From the IMG/VR virus record IMGVR_UViG_3300036832_001149, positions 11,535-75,534 of that record: DNA of 64,000 nt; one strand, 5' to 3'. A program made the translations under genes and the position numbers. Positions within the stretch are counted from its first letter, which is position 1. Every line of letters starts with the position of its first letter. Positions 27,578 through 35,705 of this stretch are shown piece after piece. The stretch comes from a virus. The notes below the pieces were generated by a model that saw only the letters and a list, made by a program, of their open reading frames with translations, made no database searches and was not told where the DNA came from.

Positions 27578-28468
27578 ATGTCCGTCGACACCCAGGTGAC
27601 CGACCCTGTCCCGGACCAGCAACTTGTCGCGGCGGCGATGTACAACCCGAAGCCGCAACCGGTCACGGCCGAGCAGTTCCTGGCCGCGAAGACGGCGATG
27701 ACCTTGACGACGTTGCTGGCGACGACGACCGACTACACGATCAATCCGACCGGGGTGCGCTCGGCCCACTGCCAGTCCCATGCGGACTCGGGCAAGGCGT
27801 ATGTCATGAACGACACGGACTGGCTGGTGCTCGGCCCGAACCTGGAGGCGATCTACACCAACACCCAGTTCACCGCGCTGTTCGGTGCCGCGCCAGGCAA
27901 CTCGATGTCCTTCTCGTTCGGCCCGACCCCGTCCGATCCGATGACGGTGCAGGTGATCGTCTTCATCGGCGGGGCGGCCGGAACGGTGGACATCGACTGG
28001 GGTGACAACACCACGCACTACACCGGGTCGGTCGGGGTCGGCATCAACCCCACGCTCACCCACACCTACACGACGGAGTCCTTCTTCACGCTCTGGGTGG
28101 CCTACTCGGTCGGGGGTGTACAGACGGTGGCCCAGGGCGGCAGCTTCCAGGCGAAGGCACCCATCCCGCCCCAGAGCGCTATCTCCATGATGGGGCCGGG
28201 CGGTCAGCCGATCACCGAGGGTGGTCCGATGCCCACCTCGGCGGCGGGGAACTATGGCTTCGCCCTGCCGCCCGGGAACAACCCGACCGGTATCGGAATG
28301 TTCGTCACCGCGCCGGACATGCCGTACCGGGATGCGGGCTTGTATGGCGAGGGGATCGGAAGCATGGGAACGTACACGGACGAGGAGATGGCTGCCTTGA
28401 ACGAGCAGAATCCCTACTTCGAGGCACCGACCCAGCCGACCCCGCCGCCGGGCGCACCAACACCGTGA
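27578..28468 (+). CDS. virion protein with PKD-like domain
   Basis: VDIDWGD...THTY. Confidence 0.7.
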   Translation: MSVDTQVTDPVPDQQLVAAAMYNPKPQPVTAEQFLAAKTAMTLTTLLATTTDYTINPTGVRSAHCQSHADSGKAYVMNDTDWLVLGPNLEAIYTNTQFTALFGAAPGNSMSFSFGPTPSDPMTVQVIVFIGGAAGTVDIDWGDNTTHYTGSVGVGINPTLTHTYTTESFFTLWVAYSVGGVQTVAQGGSFQAKAPIPPQSAISMMGPGGQPITEGGPMPTSAAGNYGFALPPGNNPTGIGMFVTAPDMPYRDAGLYGEGIGSMGTYTDEEMAALNEQNPYFEAPTQPTPPPGAPTP

Positions 28469-28478
28469 GGAGGCGACC

Positions 28479-29255
28479 ATGTCGGCTGGAGTAGCGGATT
28501 TCGTCATCGAACAGGGTGCGGACTGGGCCGTGCAGGTCTACTGGCGCAACGAACAGAGCGGTCACGCCATCCCGGCCCAGGGGCCGATGGACATGGACAT
28601 CGTCTCGGCGGTGACCGGCCAGCGGCTGATCCGGCTGGATGACGGGGCCAATGGCGGCATCCAGAACGGTGGTGCGCCCTTCGGCATCATCCAGTTGGAG
28701 ATCACCCGGGACACCACGATCAACTTCGCGGTCGGCAACTACGTCTACGACCTCTACGTCTACTCGGTCGGGCCGCCGCTCAGCCGGGTCCGGATACTGC
28801 GGGGCAGCGTCAGTGTGGCGTCGGCGATCACCGATCTCGGGGTGACGACGGGCGTCAATCCCGGGGTGCAGCCGCCGGACATCATCATGAACACCTCGGT
28901 GGCGGGCGGCGTGGTCTATTTCAGTTTCGACGGCAACAATCCGACCAACCAGTACGACAACCCAGAGAACGGCCTGCCCCAGCGGGCCGGTCTGATCGGG
29001 GCGGGCGGTTACCCGCCCGCCGCCACGGTGGTCTATGGCGGGAGTGCCGGGAGCGGTGCGCTGGCCGACCCGCAGGGCCGGGCGATCACCGGGAACCAGG
29101 TGAATGCCTGGCTGGCCGCAGGCGCGATCATCACGATGATCTACAACGTGACCACCAAGGGCATGACCATCAGCAAGGTGGAGACCACTCCCGGTGGCCT
29201 GCCCTCACCGCCGACGGCGATGCTGCTGGCCGGGGCCGATTCAGGAGGTGAGTGA
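28479..29255 (+). CDS. beta-sandwich fibre adaptor (IEQGADW type)
   Basis: DFVIEQGADW...YVYDL...ILRG.V.V. Confidence 0.7.
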   Translation: MSAGVADFVIEQGADWAVQVYWRNEQSGHAIPAQGPMDMDIVSAVTGQRLIRLDDGANGGIQNGGAPFGIIQLEITRDTTINFAVGNYVYDLYVYSVGPPLSRVRILRGSVSVASAITDLGVTTGVNPGVQPPDIIMNTSVAGGVVYFSFDGNNPTNQYDNPENGLPQRAGLIGAGGYPPAATVVYGGSAGSGALADPQGRAITGNQVNAWLAAGAIITMIYNVTTKGMTISKVETTPGGLPSPPTAMLLAGADSGGE

Positions 29256-29659
29256 TGCCCGATCAGGTAGTGCGAGTGACCAACGGTTCATCGTTGGTGG
29301 TGCGGACCGGTTCGATCCTCGGGGTGGGCCCGTCCGGTCCCATCGGCCCGCAGGGCTCACCCGGCCCGCAGGGCGTTCAGGGCACCATCCTGTTCACCAG
29401 CCCGACCCCACCACCGTCCAACTACAGTCCGGCCCCGCGCACCGGTGACCTGTGGGTGGACCCGGCCACCGGCCTGTTGTCCGTCTACAACTCCACCACC
29501 GGCAACTGGGTGGCGGGCACGACCAGCATCAAGGGCCCGCAGGGCATCCAGGGCATCCTCGGCCCGACCGGTCCGCAGGGCATCCAGGGCATCCCGGGAA
29601 CGGCGGCCAACGGGTTCAACACCTTCAACGACCTGCTCCCACCGGCCAAGCGGCACTAG
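29255..29659 (+). CDS. collagen-like fibre protein
   Basis: Gly-X-Y repeats. Confidence 0.8.
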   Translation: MPDQVVRVTNGSSLVVRTGSILGVGPSGPIGPQGSPGPQGVQGTILFTSPTPPPSNYSPAPRTGDLWVDPATGLLSVYNSTTGNWVAGTTSIKGPQGIQGILGPTGPQGIQGIPGTAANGFNTFNDLLPPAKRH

Positions 29660-29665
29660 CGCCCG

Positions 29666-30409
29666 GTGACCGTACCCACCACTCCGACCGGGCCGAGCAC
29701 CGCTGAACTTCATCCCCGGCTCGCCCAGCGGTCGCTCTCACCCGGAGCGAGCGGCAGTTCCGTCGCGCTGGCCGAGATCGCCGGTCGGGTGGCGGAAGTA
29801 GAGCAGGACCTGACTGATCTGCCCTCGCTGGATGCGCTCGCCGGTATGCCCACGGGCGGGGCCACGGGCACCATCCTGACCAAGAAGACCGAGCAGAACT
29901 ATGACACGGCGTGGACGGCAGTCACCCGGGCCGAACCTCCGAGCATCGCCCTCAGGGTCGGCGCGAACCAGGTCATCAGTACGGTCAACGGGACGTTCTA
30001 CCGGCCGGACATGAGCGTGTACGTCGACCCGTCAGGGCCACTGGCGAACAATCAGACGTTCTTCACCGCCATAACCGGCGGTGGAAACACCCGGGTCCAG
30101 GTCCTCCAGGACGGCACCTACGCCATCAGCGCCTCGTTGAAGATCTCGCAGGCCCCGGCCGCCCCCTACACGCTCCTGCTGAGTCAGTACCTGTCCTGGA
30201 CGGGGGCAGGCCGCCGGGTGCTCGCACACTCCGGTGTTCCTTCCGGGGTCTGGGAATCGGCGGTCTCGGCCGTGACCCGGCTCAACGCCGGGGTCTTCCT
30301 CGACGTCCAGATCGAGGCATTGAGCACCGGTACCGCTACCGTCTATAGGGATTCGCTCACGGGCGGTCTGGTCTCCGATGCCGGGAACTTCACCGTCGTC
30401 AAGCTCTGA
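29666..30409 (+). CDS. fibre-like virion protein
   Basis: PTGGATGTILTKK...YDTAW motif plus C1q/TNF-like beta domain. Confidence 0.7.
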   Translation: MTVPTTPTGPSTAELHPRLAQRSLSPGASGSSVALAEIAGRVAEVEQDLTDLPSLDALAGMPTGGATGTILTKKTEQNYDTAWTAVTRAEPPSIALRVGANQVISTVNGTFYRPDMSVYVDPSGPLANNQTFFTAITGGGNTRVQVLQDGTYAISASLKISQAPAAPYTLLLSQYLSWTGAGRRVLAHSGVPSGVWESAVSAVTRLNAGVFLDVQIEALSTGTATVYRDSLTGGLVSDAGNFTVVKL

Positions 30410-30421
30410 CCAGGAGGCACC

Positions 30422-31018
30422 ATGACCACTCCACCGCCAGGGGACGGTCGTAACCAGGTGGTCGACCTGTCGGTGATCGACACGGACTGGGGCAATGCCA
30501 TCGCCGACCGGACCGTCCAGTCCTACGCCAACCAGTCCGATCTGAACTCCGTGTGGGGCGCGGCCCGCAACGGCTCGACGGCCTACACCGTCGACACCGA
30601 CGAGTTCTGGGTCCGCCAGGGCGGGGTCTGGAAGCGGACTCCGGGCGGGTATATCGGCGGGGTGGTCGGTCCGGCCGTCCAGATCGCCTGCCAGGCCTGG
30701 ACCACCCTGATCGAGTACGACTTCCCGGCCAAGGTCGGCCGGAGATACCTGCTCGACGGCTACGTCGATTCACAGCAGATCACCGCCAACGGGGCAACCG
30801 GGGTCGTGATCCGGGACGACCAGGGTCTCCAGCGGTGGCTCAAATACGAGAGCATCCTGGTCCCGGGTGCATCCCTGGCCGGGTCGTGCACGATGATCTA
30901 CACCCCGACCGCGACCAAGACGGCCGCGATCCAGTTGGTTGGGGGGACCTCGGCCGGACAACTGGTCATCCCGGCCAACTGGGCCCAGATCCAGGTCATC
31001 GACATCGGCGGATTATGA
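30422..31018 (+). CDS. minor structural or fibre protein
   Basis: GGAGG RBS; G..AY..DT..FWV...G.W. Confidence 0.7.
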   Translation: MTTPPPGDGRNQVVDLSVIDTDWGNAIADRTVQSYANQSDLNSVWGAARNGSTAYTVDTDEFWVRQGGVWKRTPGGYIGGVVGPAVQIACQAWTTLIEYDFPAKVGRRYLLDGYVDSQQITANGATGVVIRDDQGLQRWLKYESILVPGASLAGSCTMIYTPTATKTAAIQLVGGTSAGQLVIPANWAQIQVIDIGGL

Positions 31019-32535
31019 CCGGAACGCTGCAACTGCTCCGGCCCCCGAAGACGAGGACCGAGCTTTATCTGCTCACCCAGGTCCTGTGGAACGTCACCAT
31101 CCCATCCAAACGGGTCTGCCCGCACCACTCCAGCCCGTTCGACGCCTACGCCGAGGCGTTCTTCGCCGAGACCCCGGTCAGCGTCTGGCTGGCCAGTCGC
31201 GGTCTGGGCGGCAAGAGCCGCACACTGGCCTACCTGACCCTGACCGAGGCGGTCGTGCTCGGGGCCAACGCCACCCTGCTCGGCGGCTCGCTGGCCCAGT
31301 CCCAGAACGTCCACGAGGCGATGCAGGAGGGCTGGGAGGCCCCGCTCGCCCCGACCCAGATGGTCCGCAGCGACACCTCGACCAAGCTGGTGCTGACCAA
31401 TGACGCCACCGTCCGCCCGCTGACCGCGTCGCAGCGCACCGTGCGTGGTCCCCACCCGCACCGGCTGCGGATGGACGAGGCCGACGAGATGGACCAGGCG
31501 ATCTTCGACGCGGCCCTGGGCCAGGCGCTGGCCAGCAAGGGCATCCAGAGCCACACGGCGGTCTCCTCGACCCACCAGTACCCGAACGGCACCTTCACCG
31601 AGGTGCTGCGCCGGGCCGGTGAGCGGAACTGGCCGGTGCACCGCTGGTGCTGGAAGGAGTCCAGCAACGACTACGACGGCTGGCTCACGCCGGAGATGAT
31701 CGAGCGCAAGCGCGCCGAGATCCCGGAGGAGATGTGGAAGGTCGAGTTCGACCTCCAGGAGCCCTCGGTCGGCAACCGGGCCTTCAACACCGATGCGGTC
31801 GAGCGGATGTTCTCGCTGCCATCCGAGCAGGAGTACACCCGCACGGTGCGTGTCGACCTGGAGCGCTACGAGTTCGAGCCGCCCCAGCGGGCGGCCGAGT
31901 ACGTGATCGCGGCCGACTGGGCCAAGGAGCAGGACTACACGGTCATCTGCGTGTTCCGCACCGAGCGCCGCCCGATGAAGCTGGTCTGGTACTACCGGGC
32001 CCGGCGGCGGCCCTACCCGGTGATGATCAAGGAGTTCAACGACCAGATGCAGCGCTACTACGCGCGCGGCATCCACGACGCGACCGGGGTCGGCAACGCC
32101 ATCAACGACCTGCTGGACATGCGGGCGACCAAGTTCGTGATGGTGGGCCGGGAGCGGGACGACCTGCTGTCGGAGTATGTGGCGGCGGTGGAGCGCGACC
32201 TGGTCCGGGCCCCGCGCATCCCCTCGGCCTACACAGCCCACCTGTACTGCTCGGTGGAGGACCTGTACATGCACCGCGAGTACTACTCCAGCCACCTGCC
32301 GGACGAGGTCTGCTCGATGGCCCTGTGCTGGCACCTGGCCAAGCGCGGGGTGCTCATCGGCCCCGACGTGGTGCCGCGCAGCGAGGAGCCCTCGGACATC
32401 ATGTCCAAGCTGGTCGGCACCGCCTCGAAGTCCTCGATGGTCGAGTACAACCTGCCGGACGGGCTGAAGTTCCCCTGGGTGCCTGACGGACAAGTCCATC
32501 GCCAGGATTACGGAACACACTTCTTGGATGTGTGA
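31015..32535 (+). CDS. terL: terminase large subunit
   Basis: ASRGLGGKS, RMDEADEM, AADWAKEQDYT, HLPDEVCSMAL. Confidence 0.9.
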   Translation: MTGTLQLLRPPKTRTELYLLTQVLWNVTIPSKRVCPHHSSPFDAYAEAFFAETPVSVWLASRGLGGKSRTLAYLTLTEAVVLGANATLLGGSLAQSQNVHEAMQEGWEAPLAPTQMVRSDTSTKLVLTNDATVRPLTASQRTVRGPHPHRLRMDEADEMDQAIFDAALGQALASKGIQSHTAVSSTHQYPNGTFTEVLRRAGERNWPVHRWCWKESSNDYDGWLTPEMIERKRAEIPEEMWKVEFDLQEPSVGNRAFNTDAVERMFSLPSEQEYTRTVRVDLERYEFEPPQRAAEYVIAADWAKEQDYTVICVFRTERRPMKLVWYYRARRRPYPVMIKEFNDQMQRYYARGIHDATGVGNAINDLLDMRATKFVMVGRERDDLLSEYVAAVERDLVRAPRIPSAYTAHLYCSVEDLYMHREYYSSHLPDEVCSMALCWHLAKRGVLIGPDVVPRSEEPSDIMSKLVGTASKSSMVEYNLPDGLKFPWVPDGQVHRQDYGTHFLDV

Positions 32536-32972
32536 CTTGATCTCGCTCGACAGTTGATGCGATTGCATTCTCGACACTTGCGCTTGGTCGGTTGACGGGG
32601 CCAACGGTAAGTGTTCTCTGGTGTGTACTCATGTCCCAGTGGGCAGTGTGTCTTGTTCAGTTCGTGGTGGTGACCGTGCGCGATCTTGTCGAGCATGTTC
32701 TCCGACTTGGTGCCCCAACGCAGGTTGGCCGCACGATTGTCCAAACGATCTCCGTTGAGATGACGAACCTCGTGCCCCGGTGGACGACTGCCATGGAACG
32801 CTTCACAGACCAGTTGGTGGACGCGACGAGCCGAAGAATAATGGCCGTTCCAGGCATTGAAGACCTCGTAGCCCTGCTTGGTTACTTTTGTCTTGCGAAC
32901 GCTCTTGGGTCCCTGGATAAGGCCATCATCGCTGGCGAAGTAGCCAGGGAGACTCGGGATGGGTAGCCACAT
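32508..32972 (-). CDS. NUMOD4-HNH homing endonuclease
   Basis: WLPIP..PGY..S..G; VH.LV..AF.G; RHLNGDRLDN...NL.WGT.SEN; KTHCPLGH; lower GC; apparently leaderless (TAGTAT 6 nt upstream). Confidence 0.9.
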   Translation of the reverse strand: MWLPIPSLPGYFASDDGLIQGPKSVRKTKVTKQGYEVFNAWNGHYSSARRVHQLVCEAFHGSRPPGHEVRHLNGDRLDNRAANLRWGTKSENMLDKIAHGHHHELNKTHCPLGHEYTPENTYRWPRQPTKRKCRECNRINCRARSSHTSKKCVP

Positions 32973-33007
32973 GGAGACATACTAGGGGAAGTTCCTGTTT
33001 TTGGGCA

Positions 33008-33032
33008 TAAAAAAAGGCCCCCGAAGGGGCCT
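33008..33032 (-). terminator. intrinsic terminator
   Basis: AGGCCCC-TTCG-GGGGCC-T7. Confidence 0.85.
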
Positions 33033-33322
33033 GGTGCGGTGAACCAGCCAGGGGCTTCCTCTCTTCCTGGCTGGTCCGCCACATCCCCCCGGTGACGCTG
33101 AGGGGAGGGTCTTGAGGTGAACCGTGATGGTCACAGTGTTCGATAGTCACGTTCGGGGAGGGTAACCGTTCACTCTTACCGGCTACCGGTCCCCTACTGC
33201 CTTTCTAGTTACGGACCATGGTTGACGGTCCTGTATCGCGCGCCGGGTTCTCCTCGTCGGGTCTCCGTCGAAACTCACTGTTCGATCGTGCCTCGATGTT
33301 CTGGATCGTCGTCGTCGGCGAT
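33008..33322 (-). ncRNA. candidate ~315-nt structured ncRNA (RNA-B)
   Basis: promoter at 33329-33356, UUCG terminator at 33008-33032, multiple hairpins, no translatable ORF. Confidence 0.55.
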
Positions 33323-33328
33323 GTCTTC

Positions 33329-33356
33329 ATACTACCACACTATTACATCAGTACAA
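33329..33356 (-). promoter_or_regulatory. promoter with CACTATTA box
   Basis: TTGTAC...TGTGG-TAGTAT. Confidence 0.7.
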
Positions 33357-33393
33357 ACACCGAAGGCCCCGGATTTCTCCGGGGCCCTCCTGG

Positions 33394-33573
33394 TCACAGT
33401 CCGTTGATCCGTCGTATGCGCGCCTTCTCCTGCTCCTCGATGAGCCGGGCGATCTGTCGGTCCTCCCGCTCGATGCGGGTGGTCTCCTGCTGGATCTTCC
33501 GGGAGGTCTTGGTGCGCTTGTTGCGCGGACCCAGGAACTGACTTGCGACGATGAGCAGGTCGATGGGGTTCAT
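33394..33573 (-). CDS. 59-aa basic coiled-coil protein (not in ORF track)
   Basis: AGAAAGGAG RBS; MNPIDLLIVASQFLGPRNKR...RRINGL; promoter at 33597-33625; hairpin at 33365-33386. Confidence 0.8.
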   Translation of the reverse strand: MNPIDLLIVASQFLGPRNKRTKTSRKIQQETTRIEREDRQIARLIEEQEKARIRRINGL

Positions 33574-33622
33574 CGCTTCTCCTTTCTGTCACTGTCAGTA
33601 TACCACACTATGATATCGGACA

Positions 33623-33872
33623 TAAGAAGAGGGGACCGCGCCAACCTTCCTCAACCGGCTGGGGGGAGACCTATCCGGTGTGAAGGCGCGATCCCCTCAA
33701 CGTGCCGAGCCCCGACTCGAACGGGGAGCAGACCACGACTGCTCGGCGACCGACACCAGCAAGAGACGTGCTATTGGATCTTGGCCCCGATCGTGGGCCG
33801 GTTATGTTCGGAGAACTCTTCCGGCCCGACGATGCTCGCGCTGTCCGCACACGACTGCTCGGTGTGGTGTCC
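33623..33872 (-). ncRNA. candidate ~250-nt structured ncRNA with tRNA-like element (RNA-A)
   Basis: consensus promoter; T-arm CCCCG-TTCGAGT-CGGGG; 13-nt internal repeat; terminal hairpin followed by U-rich tail. Confidence 0.6.
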
Positions 33873-33877
33873 CTGTC

Positions 33878-33907
33878 ACTATACATCACTATGACATCGG
33901 CTGTCAA
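33878..33907 (-). promoter_or_regulatory. consensus SigA promoter with CACTATGA box
   Basis: TTGACA-18-TATAGT. Confidence 0.8.
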
Positions 33908-33949
33908 TAGAGCAATGTCCGTACTTCCAGGTCGGGCGATGCGACCATC

Positions 33950-35698
33950 ATGACCATGACCAGCGCCGGTGGAGACATCCGAGGATATGGGCCCGGTTCG
34001 GGTCCGGGCACGACCAACGTGCCGAACAACGCCAGTGTGGGCCAGGAGGAGGTGCCCAACCGCACCAGCCCGTACCAGGAACTCGGCGTCACCGGCCTCA
34101 AGCGCTGGTCGGGCTATGTCGACGAGGAGTTCCTGCCCGCGCTGCGCGGGCGCAAGGCCATCCAGATCTTCAAGGAGATGAGCGAGAACGACGCCATCGT
34201 CGGCTCGCTGCTGTTCTCCATCGACATGCTGATCCGCGCGGTCGACTGGCATGTGCAGCCCGCCTCGTCCTCCCAGCCCGACCAGATGGCGGCCCAGTTC
34301 GTCGAGTCGTGCATGAAGGACATGTCCCACACCTGGGACGAACTGGTCTCCGAGATCCTGTCCATGCTGGTCTACGGCTGGTCGTGGCACGAGGTGGTGT
34401 ACAAGAAGCGCGCCGGTCCCAACCGCAACCAGGAACTGAACTCCAACTACGACGATGGCCTGATCGGCTGGCGCAAGATCCCCATCCGGGCCCAGGAGAC
34501 CTGGCTGCAGTGGGTGTTCGACGACTCCGGCGAGACCACGGCCTTGGTCCAACTGGCCCCGCCGACCTACCAGCGCACGGTCATCCCCCGGTCCAAGAGC
34601 CTGCTGTTCCGCTACAGCACGGCCAAGAACAACCCCGAGGGCCGCTCCATCCTGCGCAACTCCTACCGGTCCTGGTACTTCAAGAAGCGGCTGGAGGAGT
34701 TCGAGGGCATCGGCATCGAGCGCGACCTGGCCGGTCTGCCGGTGGCCTACATCCCGGCCGACTACCTCAACGCCAAGCCGGACACCCCGCAGTACAAGAT
34801 CGTCGATGCCTTCCGCCGCATGGTGCGCAGCGTGCGCCGCGACGAGCAGGAGGGGGTCATCATGCCGATGGCCTACGACGAGGACACCAAGCAGCCGCTG
34901 TACAAGTTCGAGTTGATGACCTCGGGCGGGGCCCGGCAGTTCGACACCAACACCATCATCAGCCGCTACGAGCAGCGCATCCTGATGACCGTGCTGGCCG
35001 ACTTCATCATGGTCGGGCACCAGGACACCGGCAGCTACGCGCTGCACGTGGACAAGACCGGCATCTTCCGCTCGGCCCTGAACGCGGTGGTCAAGTCCGT
35101 CGCCGACGTGTTCAACCGCATCGAGATCCCGAGGCTGTTCGCCCTCAACGGCTGGTCGATCGAGTCGTTGCCGGTGCTCACCCCGACCGACGTGGACCCG
35201 CCCGACCTGGCCCAGTTGGGCGCGTTCGTCCAGCAGATGAGCGCGGCCGGGATGACCTTCTTCCCGGACGAGGACCTGGAGGCGTTCCTGCGCACCACGG
35301 CCAAGCTGCCCCCGGTCAGCCCCGAGGTGGCGGCCGAGCGCACGCAGCAGGCGAACCAGCAGCAGGCGATGGAACTGGCCCAGCAGCAGATGGAACTGGC
35401 CACCTCCCACCAGGGGCTGGAACAGGGCCAGCAGGGCATGGAACAGACCGACCAGTCGATGTCCCACGCCGACCAGCAGCAGCAACTGGCCCAACAGCAG
35501 GCCGAGATGCAGGCCCAGACCGCCCAGTCGAACCTGGCCACCGGTTCCGAGCAGGCCCAGCAGCAGCGGGAGACGCACACGATGAACGTGGCCCGCTTCG
35601 TGCAGAGCTACAAGGACTCCGAGGCGGCCCGGCGCAACCCGAACGTGCAGGGCCCGGGTCAGGGCAAGACCACCGGCAAGTACACCGCGAAGAGATGA
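33950..35698 (+). CDS. portal protein (DUF935/Mu gp29-like)
   Basis: YGWSWHEVVYK, NPEGRSILR, IGIERDLAGLP; position after terL. Confidence 0.9.
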   Translation: MTMTSAGGDIRGYGPGSGPGTTNVPNNASVGQEEVPNRTSPYQELGVTGLKRWSGYVDEEFLPALRGRKAIQIFKEMSENDAIVGSLLFSIDMLIRAVDWHVQPASSSQPDQMAAQFVESCMKDMSHTWDELVSEILSMLVYGWSWHEVVYKKRAGPNRNQELNSNYDDGLIGWRKIPIRAQETWLQWVFDDSGETTALVQLAPPTYQRTVIPRSKSLLFRYSTAKNNPEGRSILRNSYRSWYFKKRLEEFEGIGIERDLAGLPVAYIPADYLNAKPDTPQYKIVDAFRRMVRSVRRDEQEGVIMPMAYDEDTKQPLYKFELMTSGGARQFDTNTIISRYEQRILMTVLADFIMVGHQDTGSYALHVDKTGIFRSALNAVVKSVADVFNRIEIPRLFALNGWSIESLPVLTPTDVDPPDLAQLGAFVQQMSAAGMTFFPDEDLEAFLRTTAKLPPVSPEVAAERTQQANQQQAMELAQQQMELATSHQGLEQGQQGMEQTDQSMSHADQQQQLAQQQAEMQAQTAQSNLATGSEQAQQQRETHTMNVARFVQSYKDSEAARRNPNVQGPGQGKTTGKYTAKR

Positions 35699-35705
35699 GG
35701 GCGGC

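Noticed and set aside
33207-33330. 41-codon minus-strand ORF MKTSPTTT... in RNA-B
   Set aside because: Its ATG overlaps the -10 hexamer, upstream of the predicted start site, and has no RBS.
32508-33330. Group I intron around the HNH gene
   Set aside because: TerL ends with its nuclease motifs complete and portal starts intact; the HNH is antisense and free-standing, and I recognised no P7 core.
33703-33747. Canonical tRNA gene
   Set aside because: Only ~45 nt, with no anticodon arm or CCA; kept as a tRNA-like element.
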